This document shows, piece after piece, positions 1 to 10,476 of a stretch of 64,000 nt of DNA (positions are counted from its first letter, which is position 1; each line of letters begins with the position of its first letter). Both the position numbers and the translations under genes were made by a program. The stretch covers positions 32,001 through 96,000 of IMG/VR virus record IMGVR_UViG_3300042542_005394; one strand, 5' to 3'. Below the pieces are notes generated by a model. The model was not told the origin of the DNA and did no database searches. It saw only the letters and a program-made list of their open reading frames with translations. The DNA comes from a virus.

Positions 1-2792
1 ATGATAAAACATTTAAAAAATACTTAAAAACATATACTCAATTTGAATTGGACACGCCACTTAGATACGATAAGGCTTACATAGACTTTTCTTGTTTATA
101 TAATGATTTTAGTAATACTGAAGGTATTGACTCTTTCATCATCTTTAGAAATTTAAAAGAAAATCAAGCACTTAAAAAAGAAAATGACTATATATTATAT
201 AATAATAATATAGAAACAAAATGGGGAGATTTAATAGATTACGATGGAAATTACCTAAATGAATTAACAAAATATTTTATAGATAAAAATTATCTATACA
301 ATGTATATCCTTCTTCGCTGTATGGTAACAATTTTTATAAGATTATTGTTAATAATGGAAATTATACGAGGCATCGCTTTAAGGTTAGTGGTACTGAAGG
401 AATAATTAACTTTGATTTAGAAGATAATGTATATTACAACATACATCAAAAATATAACGTTGATTATGGCTCGTATCATACTGAATATACTTATCAAGAT
501 TATAACAATTATTTACCATATATGGATATCAATATTTTGCCAACTGGCAATGATATTAATACTAGTAGAGGTTTATTAACAGATAATGGCAGACTTGCTA
601 ATACGGTAGGTCAAGAGAAAATTTATTCGGGCATAATGAATATTAGTGGAATGCACAAATACTTGGACGATAGTCATGTTTGGGGAGAATACAAAAAACC
701 ACAAGAAGGTAAATATTTCTGGATCAATTTAGATATTAATTTATCAGGGTTTAAATCTGCTTTATCTCCTGTAAAAGGTTTTTACTCTGATTCTATGAGG
801 GTGGATCATCCAGTTTTTATATTGGATTCGACAAATTATTCAATAACAACTAATAGTGCAACATGTAGACAAACATTTAATCCAAAGATTTCTTCTTCTA
901 ACACCGTTTCTTTTAGTTCTAATACATTTAATTTTGATCATTTTAGCATAGTGAATACCGGGTCTTTATTTAATACTGCTAATATTTATTGTGATAGTGA
1001 TAATGTTGTTGGTTGCTCAAACAATGGTTGCGCTGGTCTTGGAGATGCGGGCACGGGCACATATAGTGGGAATTACTCCTTTTATATGCATAAAACCATA
1101 GCAACACCAACTAATATTAATAATATTCCATATATTGTATCTTATGATGCTGGTTTATACAACACTATTGGTAGTAGCGGAGTACCATATATACAAAGAC
1201 ATGAGCTTAAGGCAAAAAATCCATTATTTCCTGTTAGCTTGTGTGATTCTGATATAGGACCCAGACCGGCAAATTATAACGGAGCAATATTAAATGAAGA
1301 ATATCAATCAATACTAAAAGACAGTATATCTGTTATTCATTCTGATATAGTTGACAAAACAGATAAGATGGCAAATGAAATGCTATTTCGTTTAATATAT
1401 GGAGAACAACAAAAAATAAATTATGAAAGAATAGATAGTTCAAATAATCGTATATTTTTAGATGATTTATATAAATACACGCATCCAAGAACAGGTCCAA
1501 AAGATATATATAAAAACATTATTTATGATCTAGATATAACAGCCAACACCGACAAAAGAAAAATTAGCGGTTCTATCAATATAAATGGGGTTCTCGATCT
1601 AAATAAGATCGTATCTGTTACTATTAACGAGATAAACATTATACTAACTATACGAGAAGACCAAAATACTGGAAGTATAAATATAGTAGCAGAAGCTCCG
1701 GGATTACCAGGAGGTAAAATCACTTCTAAAATTTATGATACTAAAAACATTAGTAAAAACATTATTGTTTCTACTGGCCCCATTTCTGGACCTGGAATTT
1801 CTTTTGCTGCTGACTGCACAGAAAGGGGTCAGATAGATATTAATCTTACTAATGGAATAGAATATGCTGAACTTGAAGGAGTATCTAGTTGTAATAGAAC
1901 AGTAATTAAACCCTGTGATGAGAATGGTAATGGTGGAGAGTTAGGACCAACAGTAGGAACTGAGACAGCAATTTTTCCCAGATGGACGCCTGCTCAAAAC
2001 CCTGATAGTCTTCCGTTTCGTTGTAATAATTTTAATCCGACAGTAGCTTCAATAAGCGGGGTTTTTCAGGGGTCTTGTGTTTGTGGTGCATTAAATTGCA
2101 AAACAGGAAAAGCATCATTACCAAAAAATTTAGGAATATATTTTTATGGATATAATGGAAGCGCTGTAGAACTAAATCCACCTGGTATGATTCCAACAAA
2201 TAGAGGAGTTGGCCCAGTTAATGCTCCAAATAATTGTTTTGTAATTTCGCAAGAGACCGCAGAGATAGAGATAGAGGAAGGAGGCGATAATAGAGGATCT
2301 ATTCCTCCTTGGTATTGGCCTTGTTTTGTTTCAGAATATAATGCAAACTCTTATTTTCCTCATCAATTTGTTACTAGTTTGCTAACTTATGGTTTCTTTT
2401 ATGATACGGGTAGAATACAAGACATAGTACCAACAAAACTAATTGTCGATAAACCTCACGACTTAATTGCTCCAGGTTCTACAACTAACGATTGTGGAAT
2501 ATGTTATAGTATAGACTCAAAAGATCCATTAACAGGAAAAAATAGATACGACTCTATACCCATGGGAAGAGGCTATCCACCATCTCCAACTTCAACATCA
2601 GACGCTTGTGAATGTGAAAATTTTACTTATGGATATTGTAGGAATTCGGATAATGCAGCTGAATGCGTATGCAAGTCACTGACATATGATTATACAGAAT
2701 TCCCTTATACTTTTGAATACTGTAAACATTCGATAACTCTTAAAGGCCATAAGAGAAGAATAACGGGTAAAGTTAGTCCTGATGGTAATTGA
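1..2792 (+). CDS. Large Cys/Asn-rich hypothetical protein, putative virion protein (5' end outside window)
   Basis: Frame is open from position 3 to the TGA at 2790-2792; many CxxC/CxC clusters in the C-terminal half; no catalytic motif recognised. Confidence 0.6.
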   Translation, partial: DKTFKKYLKTYTQFELDTPLRYDKAYIDFSCLYNDFSNTEGIDSFIIFRNLKENQALKKENDYILYNNNIETKWGDLIDYDGNYLNELTKYFIDKNYLYNVYPSSLYGNNFYKIIVNNGNYTRHRFKVSGTEGIINFDLEDNVYYNIHQKYNVDYGSYHTEYTYQDYNNYLPYMDINILPTGNDINTSRGLLTDNGRLANTVGQEKIYSGIMNISGMHKYLDDSHVWGEYKKPQEGKYFWINLDINLSGFKSALSPVKGFYSDSMRVDHPVFILDSTNYSITTNSATCRQTFNPKISSSNTVSFSSNTFNFDHFSIVNTGSLFNTANIYCDSDNVVGCSNNGCAGLGDAGTGTYSGNYSFYMHKTIATPTNINNIPYIVSYDAGLYNTIGSSGVPYIQRHELKAKNPLFPVSLCDSDIGPRPANYNGAILNEEYQSILKDSISVIHSDIVDKTDKMANEMLFRLIYGEQQKINYERIDSSNNRIFLDDLYKYTHPRTGPKDIYKNIIYDLDITANTDKRKISGSININGVLDLNKIVSVTINEINIILTIREDQNTGSINIVAEAPGLPGGKITSKIYDTKNISKNIIVSTGPISGPGISFAADCTERGQIDINLTNGIEYAELEGVSSCNRTVIKPCDENGNGGELGPTVGTETAIFPRWTPAQNPDSLPFRCNNFNPTVASISGVFQGSCVCGALNCKTGKASLPKNLGIYFYGYNGSAVELNPPGMIPTNRGVGPVNAPNNCFVISQETAEIEIEEGGDNRGSIPPWYWPCFVSEYNANSYFPHQFVTSLLTYGFFYDTGRIQDIVPTKLIVDKPHDLIAPGSTTNDCGICYSIDSKDPLTGKNRYDSIPMGRGYPPSPTSTSDACECENFTYGYCRNSDNAAECVCKSLTYDYTEFPYTFEYCKHSITLKGHKRRITGKVSPDGN

Positions 2793-2821
2793 TATAAAAA
2801 ACTATTTTAGGAAATAAAATA

Positions 2822-3943
2822 ATGACCTTAAAATTAAATATGCAAGAAAAATGCTTGTGGTATTATTGTGAGACTTCTCAGTCCAAAACATATAAAATAT
2901 ATAATTCTACCACTGTTACTAATAATCCACCATATAAAGCTTCTTGTTCTAAAACATTATGTAACATAACATATGACAACAATAGAATCACCATAACACT
3001 AGGAGGAGAAGGAACTAAGGGATGTATTCTTGAAGAAGAATTTATTAAAGGAGATTGTCCTTCAATAACAGTAACGGTACCGGATGATACATTTTCTGTG
3101 GTGGATTCTATTAATAGCGAATGTGATATGGACAATATAAAACCCAATAGAGCAGATATCAATGACCTTGAACCCTCGTGGGATATAGTAACAGAAAATA
3201 GGATTTGTGTATTAGGGTATTTAGTATATGACGGTAATAAAAATGTTGACGGGCCAGTAGGGGATATTGGTGGTTCTGCGGGCATACCCTGTGGTAGATG
3301 TAATGTCGCCTGTGATGGATTTGCTGGTGTTGCTGGTGTAGCATCTCCTATTGGTAACTGCGGAAAGTCTGGAGATGATTCTCGTCCATGGACCACATAT
3401 ATTGGCAATACTAGAGTTATTTTTCCTCTAGCTACTTCTAATGAACAAACTAAAGAGTACTTATACAGAGAATGGGAAAGTAATATGAAGCAAATATATA
3501 ATAATATTGCGGCTTGTAAAAACAGAATACCAGAAGATATCGCTAATCCGTATATCGACAGAACATATAATGTAAATGATATTGTAGAAGGAATAGTGCC
3601 AGGTACCTGCTCATTTAATGTTGGCTCAATAGATTATCCTGCTATATCTTTTAGGGCCCCTAACTCTAGAACAGACAGCACTGTATCTGTTAAGGTGGCA
3701 TACTATAGCTATAGTTATAGAAGACCAAAAAATATACAAGATATTTTAAAAGATAATGCTGTAGAAGGAAGTTCTAAAAAATGCAATGAAAGAGCTTCTC
3801 AGTGTAATGTTACTGTTCCTAAAATTACATCTAGCTACGATACTCCCACTTGCACAGATACTCCTAATTGTTATGATACTAATATAAACAAATGTTCGTC
3901 TTCAGATTATTGTTGTCAAACTAATAAAATATCATATCTGTAA
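2822..3943 (+). CDS. Cys-rich hypothetical protein, putative virion protein
   Basis: 373-aa ORF preceded by an AGGA RBS-like site; Cys-rich, same composition as the upstream ORF. Confidence 0.6.
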   Translation: MTLKLNMQEKCLWYYCETSQSKTYKIYNSTTVTNNPPYKASCSKTLCNITYDNNRITITLGGEGTKGCILEEEFIKGDCPSITVTVPDDTFSVVDSINSECDMDNIKPNRADINDLEPSWDIVTENRICVLGYLVYDGNKNVDGPVGDIGGSAGIPCGRCNVACDGFAGVAGVASPIGNCGKSGDDSRPWTTYIGNTRVIFPLATSNEQTKEYLYREWESNMKQIYNNIAACKNRIPEDIANPYIDRTYNVNDIVEGIVPGTCSFNVGSIDYPAISFRAPNSRTDSTVSVKVAYYSYSYRRPKNIQDILKDNAVEGSSKKCNERASQCNVTVPKITSSYDTPTCTDTPNCYDTNINKCSSSDYCCQTNKISYL

Positions 3944-3945
3944 AA

Positions 3946-4440
3946 ATGATAAATTCTACATATTGCGATCTAAAGCCTTTACACACATTTTTTAATAATA
4001 AACCATTATATCAATGTAGTTACTGTAGCTTGACTGTAGCTCTAGATAATGCCGACACTCAGATACTATGTTTCAAAAAAATGGAAGACATATCCAGAAC
4101 TATTAATAGTAGTCATACTGGCAATAATACGACTAATATATTCCATGTAGATATAAATTCATCTCTTGGAGATACTGTCTTAGCCAAGATACAGCAAGAT
4201 ACAGAACAGTTAGAAAAAGAAGAAATTGAAAAATATCAGGACCTTAATAGATCGGATAATTTATGTTCATCAGAACAAATAGAGCAAAGATTGGCAATAT
4301 GCAATACTTGTGAGTATTTTAAGAATAATTCTTGCTTACTGTGTGGATGTACTATTATAAGAGAAGCTAATTATCAGAATAAACTAGCGCATAAAGATCA
4401 AAAATGCCCAGCAGATAAATGGGGGATTATAACGGATTAA
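3946..4440 (+). CDS. DUF6171-like Cys-cluster protein
   Basis: C-terminal RLAICNTCEY...CLLCGC...KL.....CP..KW pattern. Confidence 0.6.
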   Translation: MINSTYCDLKPLHTFFNNKPLYQCSYCSLTVALDNADTQILCFKKMEDISRTINSSHTGNNTTNIFHVDINSSLGDTVLAKIQQDTEQLEKEEIEKYQDLNRSDNLCSSEQIEQRLAICNTCEYFKNNSCLLCGCTIIREANYQNKLAHKDQKCPADKWGIITD

Positions 4441-5441
4441 TTTGGGTATTTAAATCTAGCAATCTCTTGAGGTGATTGATACAGCACCGCAATGCATCTT
4501 ATCTCTTCAAATTTATCACCTATCTTAAATCTAGCGATTACTGGTACTTTATTGTTTCCTGACCAGGATCTAAAAAAATGGATATATACGACAAAAAAAC
4601 CTTTAGGAGTAGAGCCCTTTTGCCAGAAAATATTCTCCACTGGGGAGTTTGTTAGCATACCAGAATTAGCATTTCTGTCTATATCCAACATCCCAGCAGA
4701 CAGTCGTCCTACTCTATTTGTCCAGTTTATATTGTCTATCAAACCATTACCTGGAGTATATGTGATATGCAAATCAATATCGTCTATGGTACTCCACATT
4801 ATAGATATTTGTACATCACCAGTCTTAGCTCCAGCCTCAGACAATCTTCTACCAAACTCATCATTCCCATTTGCTCCGCCCCTACCATTTGACGATAAAT
4901 CATTAGTTGTTTTTCTATTTGTTATAGAGCCAGAAAGGTCTTTTATAATACTATTAAGATCTGTTTCTTGCTTTTCCTCACTAGAAAACTCATTTTCATT
5001 CTCAGTATCGGAAGCAGTTACTAATTTTTTAATCAGATCTTTAGTATCGAAATCAGTATATTTTTCTGATGATTGATTTTCTATAACATCATTAATATCG
5101 GCAATATTAGTATCTGAAACGAAATCCACTCTATTGTCAATTTGAATTTTTTCGAAATCAGCTAATTCTTTATCAGTTATTGGAATAGATTCTGCAATTG
5201 TTGGCAAAAGCACATTTGTAAAAATCTCGCTTTCTGCCTCCGAAGAGTTGAATGCCAATGATATTTTAATTGGCTTATGTTTTGGCTCATCGAAAACTAC
5301 GAGAGACATTAATAATAATAATGTAGTATGGAATGCCATACTATGAGCAAAGCCAGAGTCATGTATATAGACACAAAACCAATCAAATGCGTCACAAACT
5401 AACTTTGTTTTTCCAAGGTATTTTTTTGCCATTTGTGCCAA
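4437..5441 (-). CDS. Membrane-anchored protein with C-terminal YfaP/DUF2135-like domain
   Basis: Hydrophobic SMAFHTTLLLLMSLVVF segment, acidic linker, then VQISIMW..DDIDLH...LDID.N...PVENIFW. Confidence 0.6.
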   Translation of the reverse strand: MAQMAKKYLGKTKLVCDAFDWFCVYIHDSGFAHSMAFHTTLLLLMSLVVFDEPKHKPIKISLAFNSSEAESEIFTNVLLPTIAESIPITDKELADFEKIQIDNRVDFVSDTNIADINDVIENQSSEKYTDFDTKDLIKKLVTASDTENENEFSSEEKQETDLNSIIKDLSGSITNRKTTNDLSSNGRGGANGNDEFGRRLSEAGAKTGDVQISIMWSTIDDIDLHITYTPGNGLIDNINWTNRVGRLSAGMLDIDRNANSGMLTNSPVENIFWQKGSTPKGFFVVYIHFFRSWSGNNKVPVIARFKIGDKFEEIRCIAVLYQSPQEIARFKYPN

Positions 5442-5734
5442 CCGTTATTTGGTAACCAATTATTTTCATCATCTTTTCTTTTGGGGAAAAGTGTGCCACC
5501 TTTTTTATGCTGACCAAATGCCAGCACCGCACCACAATCATTACATCTTAGCTCGTAGTAATCATTGCCTTCTACATTTCTAACAATAAATCTTAGATTA
5601 GTACTACCACACAAGCCACACTTCTCTTCGGAGAAAATTTCCTGTATGAGAGCTAGTTCTTTAAATATTTCTTTCTGTCCGGAACCCTCTAATTCAAATT
5701 GAAGCTTGTCACTAGCGCGATATGTTACTTTCAT
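5399..5734 (-). CDS. Zinc-ribbon hypothetical protein
   Basis: CGLC...CNDC pair. Confidence 0.6.
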   Translation of the reverse strand: MKVTYRASDKLQFELEGSGQKEIFKELALIQEIFSEEKCGLCGSTNLRFIVRNVEGNDYYELRCNDCGAVLAFGQHKKGGTLFPKRKDDENNWLPNNGWHKWQKNTLEKQS

Positions 5735-5737
5735 AAG

Positions 5738-6448
5738 TTATTTCCATTTATTATCATAGCCTATTAAATCTTGAGGTATATTTGACATATTTTGTTGATA
5801 CGATGTCAATTGCTGAATTACCTTAACAGCTTCCTCATGACTTATATTATAGACATTGGTTTCTTTTATGTCAAGCGATTTTATTAAAGAAACAGCATTA
5901 ATATTTAATCTTTGAGCAATTACATCAATAAAATTAATTTGATTTATACTAATCTTTGACACAGAATCGGCGTCAGGATGATCCTCGATATTTGCAGCCA
6001 GCTCCTCTGCCGCGACTACTTTGCGAAGTCTTAAAGCTCTTCTTAAAGCCCGACCTTCTGCTCTAGTTTCAGCCACAGCCACCGGGTAGTTACGATATAT
6101 CTTATCACAATTACCCCAAAAAACATCAGCAGCACCACTAACTGTCACAGCAATATCTGTTTGATTAACAAGATATACCAGAGTATGAACAACAGTGGCT
6201 CTTTTTTCATTTTCTGGAGATGGTGATTGGACAACATCACTAGTAGACTGGATCATTCTACAGTTAAGAGCCTTTTCTAGTACTCGACGCAAGCCATCTG
6301 TAGTAGGATTTCCAGATATTTTTTCATCATCGCCCAACATACTCAAAACATGATCAGTCCATCCTGGATCATTAGGAGTTACAGGTTTCTGTTCTTCTGT
6401 TTCTGCGACCGTCTCTTTCTTTTCCTTGACCATTTCAGTTGTCCTCAA
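5738..6448 (-). CDS. Hypothetical protein, possible Rad52/Sak-like single-strand annealing protein
   Basis: AVAETRAEGRALRRAL helix motif after a beta-rich segment; family call tentative. Confidence 0.4.
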   Translation of the reverse strand: MRTTEMVKEKKETVAETEEQKPVTPNDPGWTDHVLSMLGDDEKISGNPTTDGLRRVLEKALNCRMIQSTSDVVQSPSPENEKRATVVHTLVYLVNQTDIAVTVSGAADVFWGNCDKIYRNYPVAVAETRAEGRALRRALRLRKVVAAEELAANIEDHPDADSVSKISINQINFIDVIAQRLNINAVSLIKSLDIKETNVYNISHEEAVKVIQQLTSYQQNMSNIPQDLIGYDNKWK

Positions 6449-7226
6449 TTTCTATAAGTGAAGTACTTTTAAAAGTTTGATTGGTAATAATGTCTAATAG
6501 TTGTTGATAAATTATATTTGCTCGTGCCATTGAGAAATCTTTGGTTTGTTTTACTCTAATTAGACTCAAGCCTTTTCCTGTGAGTAATCCATTTTTTTTC
6601 TCGTCGTATCTTTTGTTTCTTTCTAAAGCATCTTCTCCCCAAATTGGAGAGAAGTGAGACGGCCCGTCAACTTCTATAGCTAGATTCATTGTAGGCAGAA
6701 ACAGGTCTATTTGCAACTTGGTATTTGATAACATTTGCTCCTTATGGAAGTCAATTTTATACCCTTCTTGCAGTAGTCTGTCTAGTAGGTATTTCTCTAG
6801 CTTGGATCCTGTTTTACTACTTAATCTCGCTGCTTCATTCGCTAATTTAAGAATATCTGCTTTTGTTTGATCATCCATGGTTTCCCAATTTGCTCTACTC
6901 TTATCCTGTCTTGCTCTAAGTTCTTCATCAGATAGAGAATCCCATGATCTCATCACTCCTTTGCCAATCTTCGCTTTGGTGGTTAGCGATCTTTCTTGTC
7001 CTTTTGTTGGGTGTTTATGCTTTCCTGTTTTCAAAGCATTTTTTTGAGCTTGACTTTTATCTCTAATTTTTATATTAAATTTTTTAGCGTCTCGTCTAAG
7101 TTTGTTAGCATAGGTATTATATTGAATTGCTATATCATGAAAGCTTAGTTTGTTTTTTAGGTATAAATCATTTAGTAGCTGTTTTCTTTGAGCTTCGTTT
7201 AAATTTTCATAATTTATTGACGACAT
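6435..7226 (-). CDS. Vsr/DUF559-like PD-(D/E)xK endonuclease with basic N-terminal DNA-binding region (possible homing endonuclease)
   Basis: IDLFLPTMNLAIEVDGPSH...D..KN; NUMOD3-like basic repeats; start placed at MSSINY. Confidence 0.7.
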   Translation of the reverse strand: MSSINYENLNEAQRKQLLNDLYLKNKLSFHDIAIQYNTYANKLRRDAKKFNIKIRDKSQAQKNALKTGKHKHPTKGQERSLTTKAKIGKGVMRSWDSLSDEELRARQDKSRANWETMDDQTKADILKLANEAARLSSKTGSKLEKYLLDRLLQEGYKIDFHKEQMLSNTKLQIDLFLPTMNLAIEVDGPSHFSPIWGEDALERNKRYDEKKNGLLTGKGLSLIRVKQTKDFSMARANIIYQQLLDIITNQTFKSTSLIEIEDN

Positions 7227-7674
7227 TACCGATTTCCTCTCCATTAAGAGTTTTCAATAGATGTAAAGGTTTTTTCCAACAAATTTCACATAGCTGATGA
7301 GTGTTTTCATTATCCGTAATTAACTCTATATTATCTTTCATATAAATATTTTCCCAAAAACCATATGGCAAAGATGTGTCATTTGACCACTCTGGTTCCG
7401 ATAGTAACAGTATTTGTTTTTTTGGCGACGGAAATGTTTGAGTTAGCATAGCGCTTTTAGTATCAAAAACGAATAGCATACCATCAAAATACTTTGCTTG
7501 CTGTATATGTAGCGTATAATACTTTTTATTGTTATCAATTCTAGCAAATTGATTATTAAACAGTACTATATTATAGTAGGGTCTAGCTCTGCATAGATCG
7601 TTAATACTAGACAGTATAGCGTCTTGTTTCTCGTTATTTACTACTACGTCTAAAAGATAAAAACCTATATCCAT
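7207..7674 (-). CDS. Hypothetical protein, possible degenerate GT-B N-terminal lobe
   Basis: Rossmann-like alternation; lies within a glycosyltransferase cluster. Confidence 0.4.
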   Translation of the reverse strand: MDIGFYLLDVVVNNEKQDAILSSINDLCRARPYYNIVLFNNQFARIDNNKKYYTLHIQQAKYFDGMLFVFDTKSAMLTQTFPSPKKQILLLSEPEWSNDTSLPYGFWENIYMKDNIELITDNENTHQLCEICWKKPLHLLKTLNGEEIGNVVNKL

Positions 7675-7683
7675 TATATTTTC

Positions 7684-8451
7684 CTATAAAATTGGTAAAA
7701 GTGCTGTTTGTATAAAATTAGAGTATGATTTACTATTAGCTTCTTCTATTGTTTTTTTACATATATTGTTATCTATAATGTTTTGGATATCTCCAGACGT
7801 TGATAGATTATCTATACCGCACGCTGTGGCTTCCAAATAAAACTTATTATCTATATCTATTAGTGCTCTATAAGTATTTAGTATTTTGCAGGAATCTTCG
7901 GGAGTTAAGAGTCCTAAATTTTGACTATGCTTAAAAGAAATAGAATTGAATAGACATAGAGGTGCTACAGAGTTGGGGTACAAAACCTTGTCCAGAAGAT
8001 CATGATTTTTTTGATCATCTGATGATAAATATACAGCAATTTTATTGTTTCTTGGTTTTTCTAAATTTTTATATATTTCATTATCATATAGATTATCGTA
8101 CGATATAAATTTTTCTGGTTTTTTTTCGGGATACCATTCTTTTTTAGAAACTACCACAGTATTCGTAAAATTCCAGAAGTCTATAATTTTTTCATTTACT
8201 ACTAAGTTATTGGTAAAAAGAATAATTTTAACGGTTTTGTGAAATTCTGTTATATAGTCATGAAATTCTTGAGTATATTCATTAGACGGCAGTAATACTA
8301 ATTCTGGTTTTATTTTGTGATTAGTATCAAATAATACATCATGTAAAGCATTACCTATTAGCTGGTAGTCACTTGATGCATTTTTTACCAGCGCTCTTAC
8401 AAAAGATCGGTATTCGTTTTCGTTAGATAAATGGATTAATATTTTTTTCAT
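7684..8451 (-). CDS. Hypothetical protein, degenerate GT-B-like
   Basis: YLEATACG resembles the GT4 EAMACG motif. Confidence 0.45.
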   Translation of the reverse strand: MKKILIHLSNENEYRSFVRALVKNASSDYQLIGNALHDVLFDTNHKIKPELVLLPSNEYTQEFHDYITEFHKTVKIILFTNNLVVNEKIIDFWNFTNTVVVSKKEWYPEKKPEKFISYDNLYDNEIYKNLEKPRNNKIAVYLSSDDQKNHDLLDKVLYPNSVAPLCLFNSISFKHSQNLGLLTPEDSCKILNTYRALIDIDNKFYLEATACGIDNLSTSGDIQNIIDNNICKKTIEEANSKSYSNFIQTALLPIL

Positions 8452-9149
8452 ATTTTTTCTTTAATTTTGTACTTGTCCTTGATGCCTGCAATCATTATAA
8501 ATGAGTCGTTAGGTATAACAAAGTTGTGGTATTTTATCATATTGGAACTTACAGATTTGTTTATTACTTCAAATAGAAACATATTATCATAAAAAGTATT
8601 AGTAGAAGCCTTTAGTTTCTCCACATCTTTTTTGCATAAATAGACCGAATTACACCAAGCTAAAGATCCGACATCATAGAATATGTAATCTAGCTGGTCC
8701 TGAGCATCCATCACAGAGCCTATATATTTGTTCTTGGTGTCATGTTTTTTAGTTTTTCGATTCAGTATCCATGAATTTTTAAAAGGAGGACAGGGCAAGT
8801 TTTCAACATCTTTTAGAACAACTCCGTGATCCATTATAAATAAGCCATCATATTTATTAGAATCGAAATTTGCTAATATTAGCTTAATGGCATATCCATG
8901 ATTAGCATTTTCGAACTTGTCGTTATATATTTTACCTATATTCTTAGACAGTTTTTTGTATAATTTTTCAGTACCAAATCCTGAAACGATAGTGATAGCG
9001 GGTTTAGAGAATACTCTATTTACGCATTCTATTTGATGCAATATCAGTTCCTTAGAGTGGTCATTATTTTTTAAAAGCCCCAAAGGACCATAGGACTTCA
9101 TGCCTTTTGTAATTTCATAAGACAGTATAAAACATTGAATGTTTTTCAT
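8448..9149 (-). CDS. NTP-transferase (LicC-like) fold protein, degenerate
   Basis: FILSYEITKGMKSYGPLGLL, ITIVSGF, YNDKFENAN; the canonical LAAG.G.R signature is eroded. Confidence 0.55.
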   Translation of the reverse strand: MKNIQCFILSYEITKGMKSYGPLGLLKNNDHSKELILHQIECVNRVFSKPAITIVSGFGTEKLYKKLSKNIGKIYNDKFENANHGYAIKLILANFDSNKYDGLFIMDHGVVLKDVENLPCPPFKNSWILNRKTKKHDTKNKYIGSVMDAQDQLDYIFYDVGSLAWCNSVYLCKKDVEKLKASTNTFYDNMFLFEVINKSVSSNMIKYHNFVIPNDSFIMIAGIKDKYKIKEKI

Positions 9150-9562
9150 TTATTCTTTTCGATTACTGCAACAAGATTCAGATCTTCATTAACTAGTTTT
9201 ATTAATTTAAAATCGCTCATAGAAGATATTAAACCCATAAAATCTGATTCTGTCCAAAAGGAGTTTAAATTTTTGATAATATCAGCAAACTTATCTCCAT
9301 CTATGTAACTAGCTTTAACTCTATTGGCCAATAATACAAGATTCAAAAATCTAACAGTCAACTGTGCTCCAGGAGTCAGCTTTTTGAGACATTCGACCAA
9401 AATACCATTTCTGTCTTTCGGATCAAGTTTGTCTATAGTTGTAAAAATTATAGATTCAACATATCCATTAGTGATAGAGGATAATTGTTTGTAATTAATA
9501 TTATTGTATCCAGCAATTTCGTCTGTCGATTGGTCAATAGTTATATTTACTTGCCCTATCAT
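9146..9562 (-). CDS. Degenerate class I SAM-methyltransferase-like fragment
   Basis: ECLKKLTPGAQL resembles the RVLKPGG motif; no GxG motif I. Confidence 0.4.
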   Translation of the reverse strand: MIGQVNITIDQSTDEIAGYNNINYKQLSSITNGYVESIIFTTIDKLDPKDRNGILVECLKKLTPGAQLTVRFLNLVLLANRVKASYIDGDKFADIIKNLNSFWTESDFMGLISSMSDFKLIKLVNEDLNLVAVIEKNK

Positions 9563-10476
9563 ATAATAAACGCCTCCTGATTGATTGTGTTAATGCTATT
9601 TTTTAAAGATTCGCTAAATGAATTAAAATCAAACATTTCATGCACAGCGACTGAATTATCTTCAATAGTGTCTGTGTCTTTAATGATAGATCCGATGGCA
9701 TCAATAACCTCAGATGGAGAATTTATAAGGTATAGACCAGGAACATCGCCATAATCATTGGCCAGCATCTCTGTTTTTAAGCCGATGGCTTTGCATCCAG
9801 AAGCTATAGAACACAAAAGATTTACCACGTTGTGATCTGCAAAATCGATACATATTTTGTACTGATTACAGATACTATTTAATTGATCGACACTCATTTT
9901 ATTAGAGTCCAATGTGTCACACTCATAGCCTCTGGACTTCATAGCTCTTAATAGTTGAGAGTTATGTACTGCTTTATCGAAATTTAATATTAGCACATCT
10001 TTTGGTCTCTCTAGTCCTAGATTGTTGAATGCTTTTGGAATTCCATATTTAATAACCTCATATCTCTGATTTATGCCCCAAGATTTTCTTGCGTTTTCAC
10101 TAAAAAAAATTTTGATTTCTTTTGATAGATTGTTATTTAATATAGAAGCATCTTCTTTTTTAATAAAGTGTGGCCTATATGAGTGTGTAAAAATTATACT
10201 ATTTATGTGAAATTTTTTAAGGTTTGAAGTTGAATAACCTATAATATTATTAGTGATAGACAGATTGTAGTTATACAGACTTAGGTGGGACTGAGGGAGA
10301 TCTATTACGTTAGGTATGCTATAATTGGTTTTGTTGTCACCAAATATGTAATAGTTATTATCGATAAGTTGAAATACAGTATGATCAAATAAATTATTTT
10401 GAGGATAAAATACTATATTTTTTTTATTAGACGATAATTTCTGCAATACGTTACCAGTAATAAAGCTCAAGTACAT
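9559..10476 (-). CDS. Degenerate GT-B (GT4-like) glycosyltransferase
   Basis: VIKYGIP...; LLCSIASGC in place of EAMA.G. Confidence 0.5.
   Translation of the reverse strand: MYLSFITGNVLQKLSSNKKNIVFYPQNNLFDHTVFQLIDNNYYIFGDNKTNYSIPNVIDLPQSHLSLYNYNLSITNNIIGYSTSNLKKFHINSIIFTHSYRPHFIKKEDASILNNNLSKEIKIFFSENARKSWGINQRYEVIKYGIPKAFNNLGLERPKDVLILNFDKAVHNSQLLRAMKSRGYECDTLDSNKMSVDQLNSICNQYKICIDFADHNVVNLLCSIASGCKAIGLKTEMLANDYGDVPGLYLINSPSEVIDAIGSIIKDTDTIEDNSVAVHEMFDFNSFSESLKNSINTINQEAFII

Noticed and set aside
2790-2822. Stop-codon readthrough or recoding joining the two Cys-rich ORFs
   Set aside because: They are in different frames, further stops occur in both frames within the gap, and the second ORF has its own RBS-like AGGA; other genes read normally in the standard code
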